Below are positions 14,993-25,730 of a stretch of 64,000 bases of DNA, in pieces. This stretch comes from Oikopleura dioica (lineage: Eukaryota; Animalia; Chordata): assembly GCA_907165135.1 (NCBI GenBank), contig OU015567.1, positions 13,826,001-13,890,000 on the forward strand, read 5' to 3'. Every line of letters begins with the position of its first letter. Position 1 is the stretch's first letter. The notes under the pieces were generated by a model that saw only the letters and a list, made by a program, of their open reading frames with translations, did no database searches and had not been told where the DNA came from. Both the position numbers and the translations under genes were made by a program.

Positions 14993-15535
14993 CACTCATT
15001 TATCTGCAAAAACAACAAATATATCTATCTATTTTTTACTTCAAAAGAAAGGATGCTGGGGACACTTATTTCCAGACGTGACTTGCTCTCCTTTGTTTCG
15101 GTTATTTCAATCAAAATGTCAATGTATAAATAAGGGTTTGAATCTGTTTGGGCCTTCCGAAAATTGCATAGCCATGAAAATTAAAAATAAATCGAAGAAA
15201 TGAGTAGATTGACAATAAATGGGCGAAGAATTATAAATCTTTTTGCTGGAATATTTTTGATAATTAACAAAACTAATAAAATCAACTTCTTTAATGGAAA
15301 TATTATATTTTTATTTTCTTTGGTTCATTCCTTTTGAGTTCATCTGTCATATTTCCTTAAAAATGCAAAACAAAATTCCCCCGAAAAATCAACACACTTC
15401 AAAATCTAAACGACTCGAACTGATATTATAAAAATTAAAAAACCGCCGCAGAGAATTTTGAAAAGGTTAGCCAAATTTCTTTCTGGGACTCTTTCTGTTA
15501 AAAAAGAGAAATAAAAAAATAACTATTCAGAAAAA

Positions 15536-17210
15536 ATGCCGCAGAAGAGCATTCTCACATTTATCATGAAATTTTTTCTTGTTGTTGCAGGAGTCTGGAT
15601 TTTGCACGGGCTTGTGAAACTCACGACAAATGTCCAAGTTGAAGTTGATTTTGGAAATTTCAGCCGAATGGCTATAACAGGAAAGGGAAAGGAGCGAGAT
15701 GAGGAGAGAAAGAAAGTCGTCTTGCTTTTAACCAGGGTCCGATAATTTGAGCTCACGATAAAACTCATTTTTGGCTGAGTTCTCGATTTTCTCAAATTGA
15801 GAACTCAGTTCGACTTGAGAAATCATTTGGAGATTTTCTGAGATTTTGCTTGAGAGCAGGGAAATCTCATGAGTTTTCAAAAACTCCATTTTAGCGAGCG
15901 CGCGGATTGGCCCGCCGGTTCGCCCGGCGGCGAGTCGGCGCAGCCACAGCATATCGTAGGCGCGTTGCGTAAGGCTGCGCACGTACTAAAATCGTCCACC
16001 CCGCCTTGACTGGCTCGTGGATCGCGAGCGCCACCACAAAATTTGATTTCTCATGCGAGCTCTCATCTCTGAGTTTCTGAAAACTCCAATTTAAAAACTG
16101 AGTTCTCAAGCTTTGTTTCGTGGAGTTTTAGCGTGAGCTCAAATTATCGGACCCTGCTTTTAACTGATTATCGAACTGGCTCAACTTTATCGGTAACCGA
16201 ATTAGTAGAGGCGGAAATCAACTCATATTTTGAAGGGCGAGGTTTTCAACAGACACGAAGACGCATTTTACATGTTTGAGCCTGATCACGTGGTTCTGTG
16301 GAACTCGACAACGCAGGTAAAAAATATTAAAAAGATAATATATTTACATAATTTTCGTCTTAGGTTGACTGGCTGATGGACTACTTCCGCTGCAATTTTG
16401 CGAGCTTGAGCGAGTCGAAGATTGAAAACACATTGGTCGACTGGAGTTCTCACCGCGATTTCGTTTTCGCGTTCAAAAGTGCTCGTCTCTGCAAGCCACC
16501 TTTTTGCTGGGCGGACTTTTCAAATGATCCGGTAAAATGCACGAAATGTCCAAAGGTGGATATTTCGATGGCACGCTCAGCGTGTGAAAGACACACACCG
16601 GTGATCAAGACAGTGAGGACCAAAGACATGAAGAAACTAAAATATGCGTTTTCGAAGACGCAGAATAAACTCGATCCACGAATCGTCATCAACGTGCGAG
16701 ACCCACGAGCTGTTCTCAACTCGAGAAAGCGTCTTGAAGAACAGGCTAAGAGTTGCGAATTTTGAGACAAAGGACACATAAGCTCACATCAGGTAAAAAA
16801 ACAAAATTTGCAACCGTGAACAGACCCCAGTCACCTTGGAGAGCATCAAGAAGTATTGCGAATATAAAGTAGAACAGAAAAAGATGGTTGAAGATGACCA
16901 CTGGTTTGGCAAGAGGACAACATACATACGATACGAAGATCTGGCACTTTATCCGGTGGTAGAAGCAACGAGACTTTACGATTTCACTGGTTTCGCACAA
17001 TCTTCAAGTGCAAAGAAAATCATGGTGCAACTTACTCACACGACTAACAGCCACAACAGTGAAGCCTATGGCACTGTCAGGAACGCTACAGAAACCGTCG
17101 AAGCCTGGCGAAATAATTTAAGCGAGGAAGACATTTTGCTGATAAAGAAAATTGAAGATGTCTGTTCAGAAATGATGCGAATTTTCAAATATGAACCAAT
17201 AAAAGCTTAA
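15536..17210 (+). pseudogene. Gal/GlcNAc-6-O-sulfotransferase (CHST1/3/4-like), first exon interrupted by a MITE
   Basis: Type II anchor; removing the MITE plus one TSD restores VVLLLTDYRTGSTLSGEVFNRHEDAFYMFEP (5'-PSB); 3'-PB motif NVRDPRAVLNSR; IRYEDLA. Confidence 0.85.
15733..16156. mobile_element. hAT-family MITE (424 bp)
   Basis: TIR CAGGGTCCGATAATTTGAGCTCACG / CGTGAGCTCAAATTATCGGACCCTG; 8-bp TSD CTTTTAAC at 15725-15732 and 16157-16164. Confidence 0.93.
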
Positions 17211-18577
17211 ATTCAATCAAAACCATGTTCTTTATTAAACAAGTTAAATCAATCACAGAAAACAAAAATTTCTTAGATGTGCTCTTTCACATCTTTTAGT
17301 GGGTATTGACTTGTAAGAAGATGATCGTAGTATAGAATTGTTCCAGCGAGCGTTAAAAAAGCAATGATAAATGTAAACTGGTCGATTTTCCGCACAACTT
17401 CTTTTCGGAGATTTTTTAGGTTTTCTTCTTTTTCCGTTTCATCGTACTTTCGCTTATAAAAATTATTGACTCAAGATTTGATAAATGCTTTGAAAACCTG
17501 CAGCTGTTTCCGTAAGCGACTGACTTGAAATGTCAGTCTCGTAATTTTGCAGTTGACCTCGCTTGCTTTCAGCCCAGACATACTGTCAGCCATAAAACTG
17601 TGCGTCTCTTGCGAATCGTACAAACACCCTCTTCGGCCATCGTCGATATTTGAGAAGGTCTTGAAACTTTTCATCTTGCTGGAAAAAATTCCAGTGAAAA
17701 TGTTTCGAAATCTAGGGTAGATATTCGCGACAAAGAGCATCTTTTTGGGTTCCATCAATAAAATTTTTGATTGGTCGGTAGGCTAAATAGAACCTTCTGA
17801 TTGGCTTAAAACTAGATGGAACCAAAACCCACGCGGGGACAGTTTTTTCTGAAGAATGAAGCTCCTCTGTCACGATAGTTGTTTCTATAAATGCAGCGAT
17901 ACAAACACTAGAGAATACATTCATCGATACAGTATAAATCCACTTACAAATTAATGTAGAAAATGATATCAAGCAAAAGAGGAGTGTTAGCCAGGGTGTC
18001 AAATCGCGGGGGATTTTGAAGGGATCGCGCGCCACAGCGCCGTTTCGATCCCACGGTGTAAGGGATCGCCTCGCAGCGAGAGGCAACGAGAAGGGAGCGC
18101 TCACATAAACAAAGGGATCGCGCCGATCCCTTCGCGCGTGGGATATCCCTTCGCGCAAGGGATCTTAAAATTCCGAAAACGAGCGACCTTGTAAAAATTC
18201 AATAACAATCAATTTTTAATGCAAAAAAAGATCAACATATAATAATCCTTACTTTTTTAACGAAAATACTAAGAAAAATTATGCCATAATTAATCCGACT
18301 TTGGGTTATTCAATGAAAAAAATAATATTATTCATGTAAAAATTCACCATGATTCTGACTTCATCACAGCTGGTTGGTACCTCGAGTCTTTTCACGTCTT
18401 TTCTGTGATTTCATCTCCAGCTGCTTGGAAATAAACCCTTCATATCTGATTCTCGCAGCGGGGTGTTACTCAGATACTTTACTAATGATCGGAAATCAGT
18501 CCATCTGCAGAAGGACGCCATCTTTCCAGATGTACTGTCAATATAAAGTCCGTCAAAAATGAAATTTTTTCGTAAAT

Positions 18578-21500
18578 ATGAGTCAAAAACGGCCATTTGA
18601 TGAAGGTCCTTTGCTTTCTCCGCCATCTACTCCATTCGAGAAAAAGAAAAAAACCAAAGATGAGTTCAAGAAAATTGTAGAGATTCTAGAAGAAGATGAG
18701 AAGCTCGTTTGCACTTCAGAGATCCATCACAATTACACAGCAGATTTCAAACTAGAGAAAATCACGAAGTCAGACCAGACGCCGACGCCATATCTCATTT
18801 GCCGGAGCCCCTTCTGCACTAATGCTGAATACAAACATAAGGTAAGAAAAAATTGACCAGATTTGAGTTAAAATTAACCTTTTTCATGTTAAAATTGACC
18901 CCTTTCCATGTAAAAATTGACCTTTTTCATGTAAAATTTGACGCATTTCATGTAAAAATTGACCCCTTTTATGTAAAATTTGACCTTTTTCATGTTAAAT
19001 TTGACCTTTTTCATGTAAAAATTGACCTTTTCATGTAAAAATTGATCGGTCGTGAGAAAAAATTAGCCGTTTTAATGTTAAAAACGACCAGTCAAGTAAG
19101 ATTAACTCTTTTATAGGTTTTCTTTGGCATTCGAGGCAATTTGGCGAAAGCGAGCCATGCGACTGACTACTACGTGAAACGGCACATCCAAGAACACCAT
19201 CGTTCAATTACAACCGACGCCGAAGAGCTTGAGGAAATCGCCGCGGAAGCTGTTGCGAACGATGGTCTTTCAATTGGTGCTTTCGAAACCGAAACAATGA
19301 AGAAATTTTGCGCAAGGGCTCATAAGGCAATAGCGAATGGAATAAGCAGTCACAAAATTGTGAAGATTCTCAGGTAAAAATTAACCATTATATTTGGATA
19401 TATAAATTTTTAAGGCGCAAAAGTACCGTTTCGAATGGTATCGTCAAGTCCAAGCTGCCTGGTCTCATCCAGGAAAACAGATGTTGCTTGGTCCTTGATG
19501 GATTCGACTGCCCTCGGCTAACGAAAGAAAGAAGTAGCAAATACCTTGGGGTCTTCATCGGCTTTTACGATTCGAACCTGCGAAAGACACGATTTTTCTT
19601 CTTCATTACGGGGTCATCTTCAAAGCAACTGATGCGAATGTACGTCGACAACTAGAAAGCGTCCTCTCGGATTGGAATATCCTCGAGTTTTTTCACGCAA
19701 AACGACTTCCAGTTGTTGGAGATGCGCCAATGGCTCAGGCCTTCTCCGACTACTTCGCCGTTGTCTGTGCAAGCCACACGATTTCGAATCAGTTAAAAAG
19801 GTAAATACATCATTCTTATTTTATCAAATAACGTCTTCACTTTAGATATATTACCCTTGTCCAGAGCGATGCAATCGTCGGCGATAGCTGTGTCGAGATC
19901 GAGAAAGCGGTCTCAGCATGCAATCATCGAGCTGAACGAGACGACTGCTCCGAGAAATCCTTCAATGATCTGGTGAAAAGCTACACTCCAACTGAAGACG
20001 AGCTCAAGCACATCAGGCAATTCTACCCGAATTACGACAAATTCGTTACGATCGACAGGATCTATTACATCAGATTCAGGTTTGTTCTTCATCATTGCAT
20101 GTAACAATTGACCTTTTCCATGTAAAGATTGACCCATTCCATGTAAAAATTGACCCTTTTCGTGAAAAATTTGACCCTTTTTATGTAAAAATTGACCGTT
20201 CCAATGTAAAAATTAACCCTTATATGTAAAAATTAACCCTTTCAATGTAAAAATTGACCCTTTTCATGTAAAAATTAACCGTTTCACGATAAAATTAACC
20301 GAGGTCATGTTTAAACTAATCGAAAATATGTAATTATTAACTTTATCTTTCAGATCTTTCATCACGACCTACAAGCAGCTCATGGCAAACGAACCTCTTC
20401 TTCGTCGCCATCAGAAGTACCTGACTGACTCAAAGTCGATCTTACACGAAATCGACTGGAAGCTCGTTCATTACCTCCACTCAGTCTCCCAAGTCTTCGA
20501 GCCTGCTCTGGCGTCGACCGATTCGGATCACTTCTCGGTTGGTGACACTCTTACAAAACTGTTCGACTTGCTGAAATTCTTGCTTCAAATTGATCCGGCT
20601 GACTTCAAGGAAATCCACCAGGAGCTGATTCTGACCGTAGCAGACTACATTTTCGGTGCTAACATCACTGGACGGAAGCCATCGAGAGGATCCTACATCA
20701 AATCGAGAGCAAATCCAGCTGCTTTGATCGGGCTCTCCCTTGACTTCTTTAGCCGTCACTTCGAATTCACCTTGATCCGTAACCGACTTGACGACGCCTT
20801 TGAGAAGGATTCGTTCATCACGAAGTCTACATACGACACCCTCATCAATTGCTTCGATACTGCAGTTCCTGTCTGGAAGGAGACAATGCGCAAGACCTTC
20901 TTTGACCTAGCTGAGCAAACCAAACCAATTGAGGAAATCTTCATTCTTGTAAGTAAAGGTTAATTTTTACCCGGAGCTGGTTAATTTTTTCCCAAAAAAG
21001 GTTAATTTCTACCAAGTTTCGATTAATTTTTGCATTAAGCGGTAAATTTTTACACGAAATCGGGTGAATTTTTCATAGAAAAGGTCCATTTTTACTCAGA
21101 CGCGATCAATTTTTACATAAAACAGCATTAATAATTAACTTTATTTTAGGTTCCTGTTGAAAACCAGCAACAGAAGACACCATCAGCAGCTCCTTCATCA
21201 CAGCCAAAGACGTTGACTCCTCCAAACTCACAGGAGCGCGCTCCGCCGACACCTCCATCTTCTCAAGCAAAGTCGACTTTCGAGGAAGAAATGGAGCAAT
21301 ATTCGAGCGACGAGGATGAATGCGAAAAATCATCAACTGATGAGTTCTCTGCATGGTTCAAGAGGGAGAGCAAGATGGAGCGCAAAGAAAGCGTCAAAAG
21401 ATACAAGCAATGGTTGAACCAGCTCGATCCCATGTTCAAGACCTCCGCCAGTACGGCCGAACGGAGCTTGATGTATTTCACGCATCACGCTGGAACTTAC

Positions 21501-21683
21501 CCGACATTCGCCAGAATCGCACAACTCATACGCTCAACTCCTGGCTCAAGCGGCAGCATCGAACGTCTCTTCTCAAAAGCGAACGATATCATGTCTTCAA
21601 AACGAAACTGCTTGAACACCAGTACTGTTGAACTCATTCTACAAGTGTCTTCTTATCCAAATGTACAGAATCTATTTGAATAA
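18578..21683 (+). CDS. hAT transposase (about 6 exons)
   Basis: NLS-like KKKK; BED-like CRSPFC...HIQEHH; putative catalytic D in CLVLDGF and VVGDA; CxxH motif CASH; C-terminal YPTFARIAQLIRSTPGSSGSIERLFSKA with the catalytic E. One frameshift in the T5 run at 19593-19597. Confidence 0.9.
18850..19045. repeat. 21-bp minisatellite (CATGTAAAAATTGACCYTTTT) in transposase intron 1
   Basis: About 9 tandem units seen directly. Confidence 0.9.
20098..20310. repeat. Same 21-bp minisatellite in transposase intron 4
   Basis: About 9-10 tandem units of ATGTAAAAATT(G/A)ACCC. Confidence 0.88.
20958..21120. repeat. Degenerate 21-bp minisatellite, reverse orientation, in transposase intron 5
   Basis: GGTTAATTTTT units recurring at ~21-bp period. 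Confidence 0.7.
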
Positions 21684-21714
21684 ATGTTTTTTGCTGACAA
21701 TTTCCCGTCGAAAT

Positions 21715-21965
21715 CATGCATTTATTAACCTTTTGCATGCAAAAATTAACCAAATTCATGAAAAAATTAACCTTGATCATGCAAAAATATCCCTTTTTTA
21801 AGTATAAATTGACCGAGGTCATGTAAATATTAACCGAATTCATGAGAAAATTAACCTTGATCATGCAATAATTAACCCATTCTAAGCATTAATTGACCGA
21901 GGTCATGCAAATATTAACCATTTTCAAGAAAAAATTTACCTTAGTCGCGCAAAAATTGACCAAAA
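21715..21965. repeat. 21-bp minisatellite downstream of the transposase stop
   Basis: CATGCAAAAATTAACC-type units at ~21-bp period. Confidence 0.82.
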
Positions 21966-22005
21966 TCGGATAAATCAGGCTTTAAGTCGATTAAAACGCC
22001 CTTAA

Positions 22006-22445
22006 ATGGCCCTTAGCCAATCAAACCGATCTCAAATGGCTCTTAGCCAATCAAAACGCTCGAAAATGTCTATCAGCCAATCAAAACGCTCGAAAATGCC
22101 CCTTAGCCAATCAAAACGCTCGAAAATGTCTATTAGCCAATCAAAACGCTCGAAAATGCCCCTTAGCCAATCAAAACGCTCGAAAATGTCTATTAGCCAA
22201 TCAAAACGCTCGAAAATGTCTATCAGCCAATCAAAACGCTTGAAAATGCCCCTTAGCCAATCGAAACGCTGCAAAATGTCTATCAGCCAATCAAAACGCT
22301 CGAAAATGCCCCTTAGCCAATCAAAACGCTCGAAAATGTCTATTAGCCAATCAAAACGCTCGAAAATGTCTATCAGCCAATCAAAACGCTTGAAATGTCT
22401 ATCAGCCAATCAAAACGCTCGAAACTGTCTATCAGCCAATCAAAA
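22006..22445. repeat. 30-bp tandem repeat; each unit carries AGCCAATC (CCAAT box); 15 copies
   Basis: CCAAT starts at 22017, 22047 ... 22377, 22406, 22436; unit AGCCAATCAAAACGCTCGAAAATGYCYMTY. Confidence 0.95.
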
Positions 22446-22596
22446 ATCTACGTATCAAAAACGATTTTGAGGCCTCATTTTTTGAGGGTCTTTGAGCCGT
22501 TAAGCATTCAGAACCAAGAATATGTTATTTTTGAAAATTCTCTAGAATTATTATTCTTACGTTTGAAAAAAAAACGAAAAAAATCAGTTTAGAAGT

Positions 22597-23719
22597 ATGA
22601 CAAGAAAGGCTTGGAAGTTCCCCATGGCGTGCACGATTTGTTTGAAATCTGTGAAGCCACAAACATTAGACTGGCACTTTTCTCATTACCATGTGGAAAT
22701 ACGACCATCTGATCGAGTCAATTATGTAACCAAGTGCGTTATTTCATCAGAAAAAATAACTTTTCTCAGGAAAATGTTTGAACAGGGGTCTAAATTCGCA
22801 GTGCCAATTCGCTTTTTTTTGCGAAACCCTAGCACTTATTCCATGCACAGAAATTATCAAACAAATAAAAGATCTCTTGAAATTGATGAGAACGACCCGG
22901 GTAGATCGAAGATTCGAGCAACATTCGTGGATAATATGAATAGATCTAAGTCTCGCTTGATTGAAGTTAATTCAATCTTAAAGTCTAAAGCAAGAGTTTC
23001 ACAATAAAAAAATTATTTAAAGAGAAGTTACTTATCACAACGAAACGCGTGAAAAGAGCCGTTGCTGTTTTTGATCAACCATTTGGTGAATAATCGCATA
23101 TCAACGCTTCCTGCCAATGTTTCTTATATCGGTAGGTTTATCAAATTCAAAACTCTATAAAAAGCAAAAAATGATAAAAAGATGCTTAAAAAACACGTCT
23201 TCACGACTCGAAAGCGTGCCGCGGCATCTCGAAATCATTTTCGACTTCGTTTATTGAATATATTTGTCTTACAAATATATGGAGATGACCCTCTCCAAAT
23301 TGATCCTCCCGTTCTTCTTATTCCCGCTGATCCAATGGAGTGGTAAGCTAGGGTCGGACTTCCTTCCTTAATTTTTTGCTTTCTAAGGGTCCTTTCCTTA
23401 GTAAGGTAAGGATGTTTTACTTACCTTTTTTCGGGTTTCGGCGGAAAAAAATCCTTCCAATAGTTCCTTTCTGAGTTTTCAGAGATCATCAGATTCATCA
23501 ATTTCAAAACCCTTACCCTTAGTAACTAAGGAAACCTAAGTAAGGGGTCCGACCCCTTCACATTTTAACATATTATTTAGTCCCATTGGTCGAGATGATT
23601 GTCAAAAAGTATTTGCTGCTGCTCAATGCGAAAAGTGTCCACCAATGTGCTTGGCGTGTCACAAAAGAAGCCTTCCTCCTCATTACCGCTGTCCCTTTTG
23701 TCGACAGACAATGATGTAA
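22597..23719 (+). CDS. Transposon accessory gene: C2H2-like zinc finger at the N-terminus, RING-like domain at the C-terminus
   Basis: CTIC-x11-H-x4-H near the start. The last two exons (23165-23342 and 23581-23719) splice GT-AG in frame to give ...DPME-CPIGRDDCQKVFAAAQCEKCPPMCLACHKRSLPPHYRCPFCRQTMM*. The junction near 22990-23075 is ambiguous. Confidence 0.65.
23351..23556. mobile_element. Small nested inverted-repeat element filling an intron of the accessory gene
   Basis: Imperfect TIR GGGTCGGACTTCCTTCCTTA / TAAGTAAGGGGTCCGACCC; internal CCTTA/TAAGG repeats; no clear TSD. Confidence 0.45.
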
Positions 23720-25514
23720 TTTCTTTCTTTTTTTAAATAATATAATCAGACAAACTTATTAAACTTAATTTGAACATGAGTTTAATTTCAATCAGAAAAA
23801 GGAGGAGAAAAAACTACACTAGATCTGAAAAATTCATAAAATTTGAGACAATAACGAAGAGTTCTGAGTTTTTGAAAAGCGGCGCGAGCTTGATCGGAGA
23901 AAATTCCACGCATGAAGCCTGGCGCTAGCCCGCGCGTTTGCTCTGCTATTTTCGCCGCGATCCCTTTCCGTTCAAAAAGCGCGCGAGCGATCCCTTCAGA
24001 CTTGGGATCGAGCGTGGGCGGTGGCGCGCGATCCCTTCTCGATCCCCCGCGATTTGACACCCTGGTGTTAGCGGATTGAGGAACAAGCGAATCCAGCAAA
24101 TTCAGCGTAAAAACCATCGACAAATGAATCGCAATTGTGTAACCAACCCTAAATAACCATCATCCTTACTTGGATTATCAATTGCTTTACCGTTCACCGG
24201 TCTCGATGGGGATCATGAAAATAGCGAGTGATGCCAGTCCAAGAATATACAAGGGGAAGACGACGATCATTCTCCCATGGCGATATCTACGGACGACCTC
24301 GATTTCGCCGGACAGAATATGCGCATTGAACAGTCGAGAAGACTAGAATTTGTTAATGAATATGATTTACATATTGCTGACTTACATTTTTGTCGAGCAT
24401 TGTTTCATTGTTCGGAATCGCGTCTGAAATCAATGAAATCAAGGAAGAGAACAAAAATAGACTCACTTGTGACTTCTGAGCGCGTGTCAGTTACCAGCCA
24501 CTTTGTGTGAAAGGTATTTATCGACGGATTGACGAATATCTTATTCGATTCCTGGGCCAAATGAACATCCGTCCCTTGCGACATTGCTTGAATATAACAG
24601 TAGTGCCTGTCGTACGGGTAAAACTTCGACTCGATGTTGCAAAATCCGACGTACTTAAAATATTCATAAAACTGGTGCTTACTAAAGGAGACATACGTAA
24701 AATGTCTTGAGAACCCAGACGCGTCCGTCGCTGTGAACAGTCGCCAGCTCTTAATGGATCGTTACGTAATCATACAGTTACTTTACTGTCCTCCCGATTT
24801 TACCTTCATCGAGATCGCCATTTTCTCCCTCTGTGTTGATGTTTTGAAATTTCAACTTGGGGAACCAAATTTTATCGATCGGAACAGTAATGTTCGCGAA
24901 ATCAAATTCGGACGCGTTCCACGTGAGCCGAGGGTCATTCCACTCGTAGTACGCCATAAAGTTGCCGTCGAATTTCGACTCCGGGCAATCAACGTTATTG
25001 AGCCAGATCATCTGGATTCGTAATTTGACGACTGTTTGATTTCGATTCTGAATGTTTTCAGTGAAGCAATAGAAAATGGACAGATGTCATTGAAAAATTG
25101 ACATTCAATAAAAACGATAAAGGGTCCAAGAGGTCATCATTTGTGGTAGACGGTTCATGATGACCCCTACAAAGTTTGTTAATTGAAGAAAACCTTAATT
25201 GATGGCACAAGTTGCAAGGCAAATCTTTTGACTCTCCTACAGTAGATCGTCAATTTTCTAAGCTCAGCATTTTGATGAGGAAAATCGACAATCTTGGGCC
25301 ATCAATCTGGATCTCCAGTCAACAAACTTCGAGAAGTAAACTTTAAAAAATAAGATGAGAAAATGCAATTTCAGTTTTCGCACCAAGAATTAAGATATTT
25401 AAAAATTCGACATTTATCTGACTTACTAACTTTAAGAAGGCACAGGTTTTCTCACATTTTTTTCAACAAGAAAATTCAAATATAGAAAATAATGAAGATT
25501 TTTCAGAGTCAAAA

Positions 25515-25730
25515 TCACCTGAAATTGCGGCGCTTCTTGATTTTCATAATTTCCGAATATTTTCTCGTGGATTTCTCTGCTTCCAGGAACGGCTGAATTT
25601 TGACCTTTTTGGGGTTGGAAACAATTCCGGGTTTACCTGTCACTAATTGCAGAAGAATGAGATTTCTCATTTGCACGAGTGGCTTTGCGAAAAGTCGCTT
25701 TATCTGCTCGGCAAGCGTAGCCATTTTCAT
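25515..25730 (-). CDS. Small basic hypothetical protein
   Basis: 71-aa ATG ORF with a TATA-like TATATAAAA ~85 bp upstream; no recognisable family. Confidence 0.25.
   Translation of the reverse strand: MKMATLAEQIKRLFAKPLVQMRNLILLQLVTGKPGIVSNPKKVKIQPFLEAEKSTRKYSEIMKIKKRRNFR

Larger units (their letters stand above)
17992..24064 (+). mobile_element. Full-length hAT DNA transposon (6,073 bp) with an accessory gene
   Basis: 23-bp perfect TIR CAGGGTGTCAAATCGCGGGGGAT / ATCCCCCGCGATTTGACACCCTG; 8-bp TSD GTGTTAGC at 17984-17991 and 24065-24072; subterminal (A)AGGGATCG motifs at both ends; internal transposase gene. Confidence 0.96.
17273..25050 (-). pseudogene. Cys-loop ligand-gated ion channel subunit (nAChR/5-HT3-like, cation type), split by a hAT insertion; 5' end probably near 25400
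   Basis: WNDPRLTW and IWFPKL in the ligand-binding domain; Cys-loop CNIESKFYPYDRHYC (C-x13-C); M1 followed by PIETGER; M2 ends ...LVPQSANT and resumes PLLLDIIFY after the transposon; M4 KIDQFTFIIAFLTLAG; stop at 17273. Confidence 0.88.

Noticed and set aside
18853-19038. 61-aa ORF with FHVKIDL repeats (and 21634-21864)
   Set aside because: Translation of the 21-bp minisatellite in non-coding sequence.
22006-22470. 30-bp repeat as a CRISPR array, or as the 154-aa and 125-aa ORFs
   Set aside because: No unique spacers, eukaryotic context; the ORFs are artefacts of a stop-free repeat with a period divisible by three.
17992-24064. hAT transposon removed cleanly as an intron from the receptor mRNA
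   Set aside because: On the receptor strand there is no AG within ~75 nt of the element end, so precise splicing is not supported.
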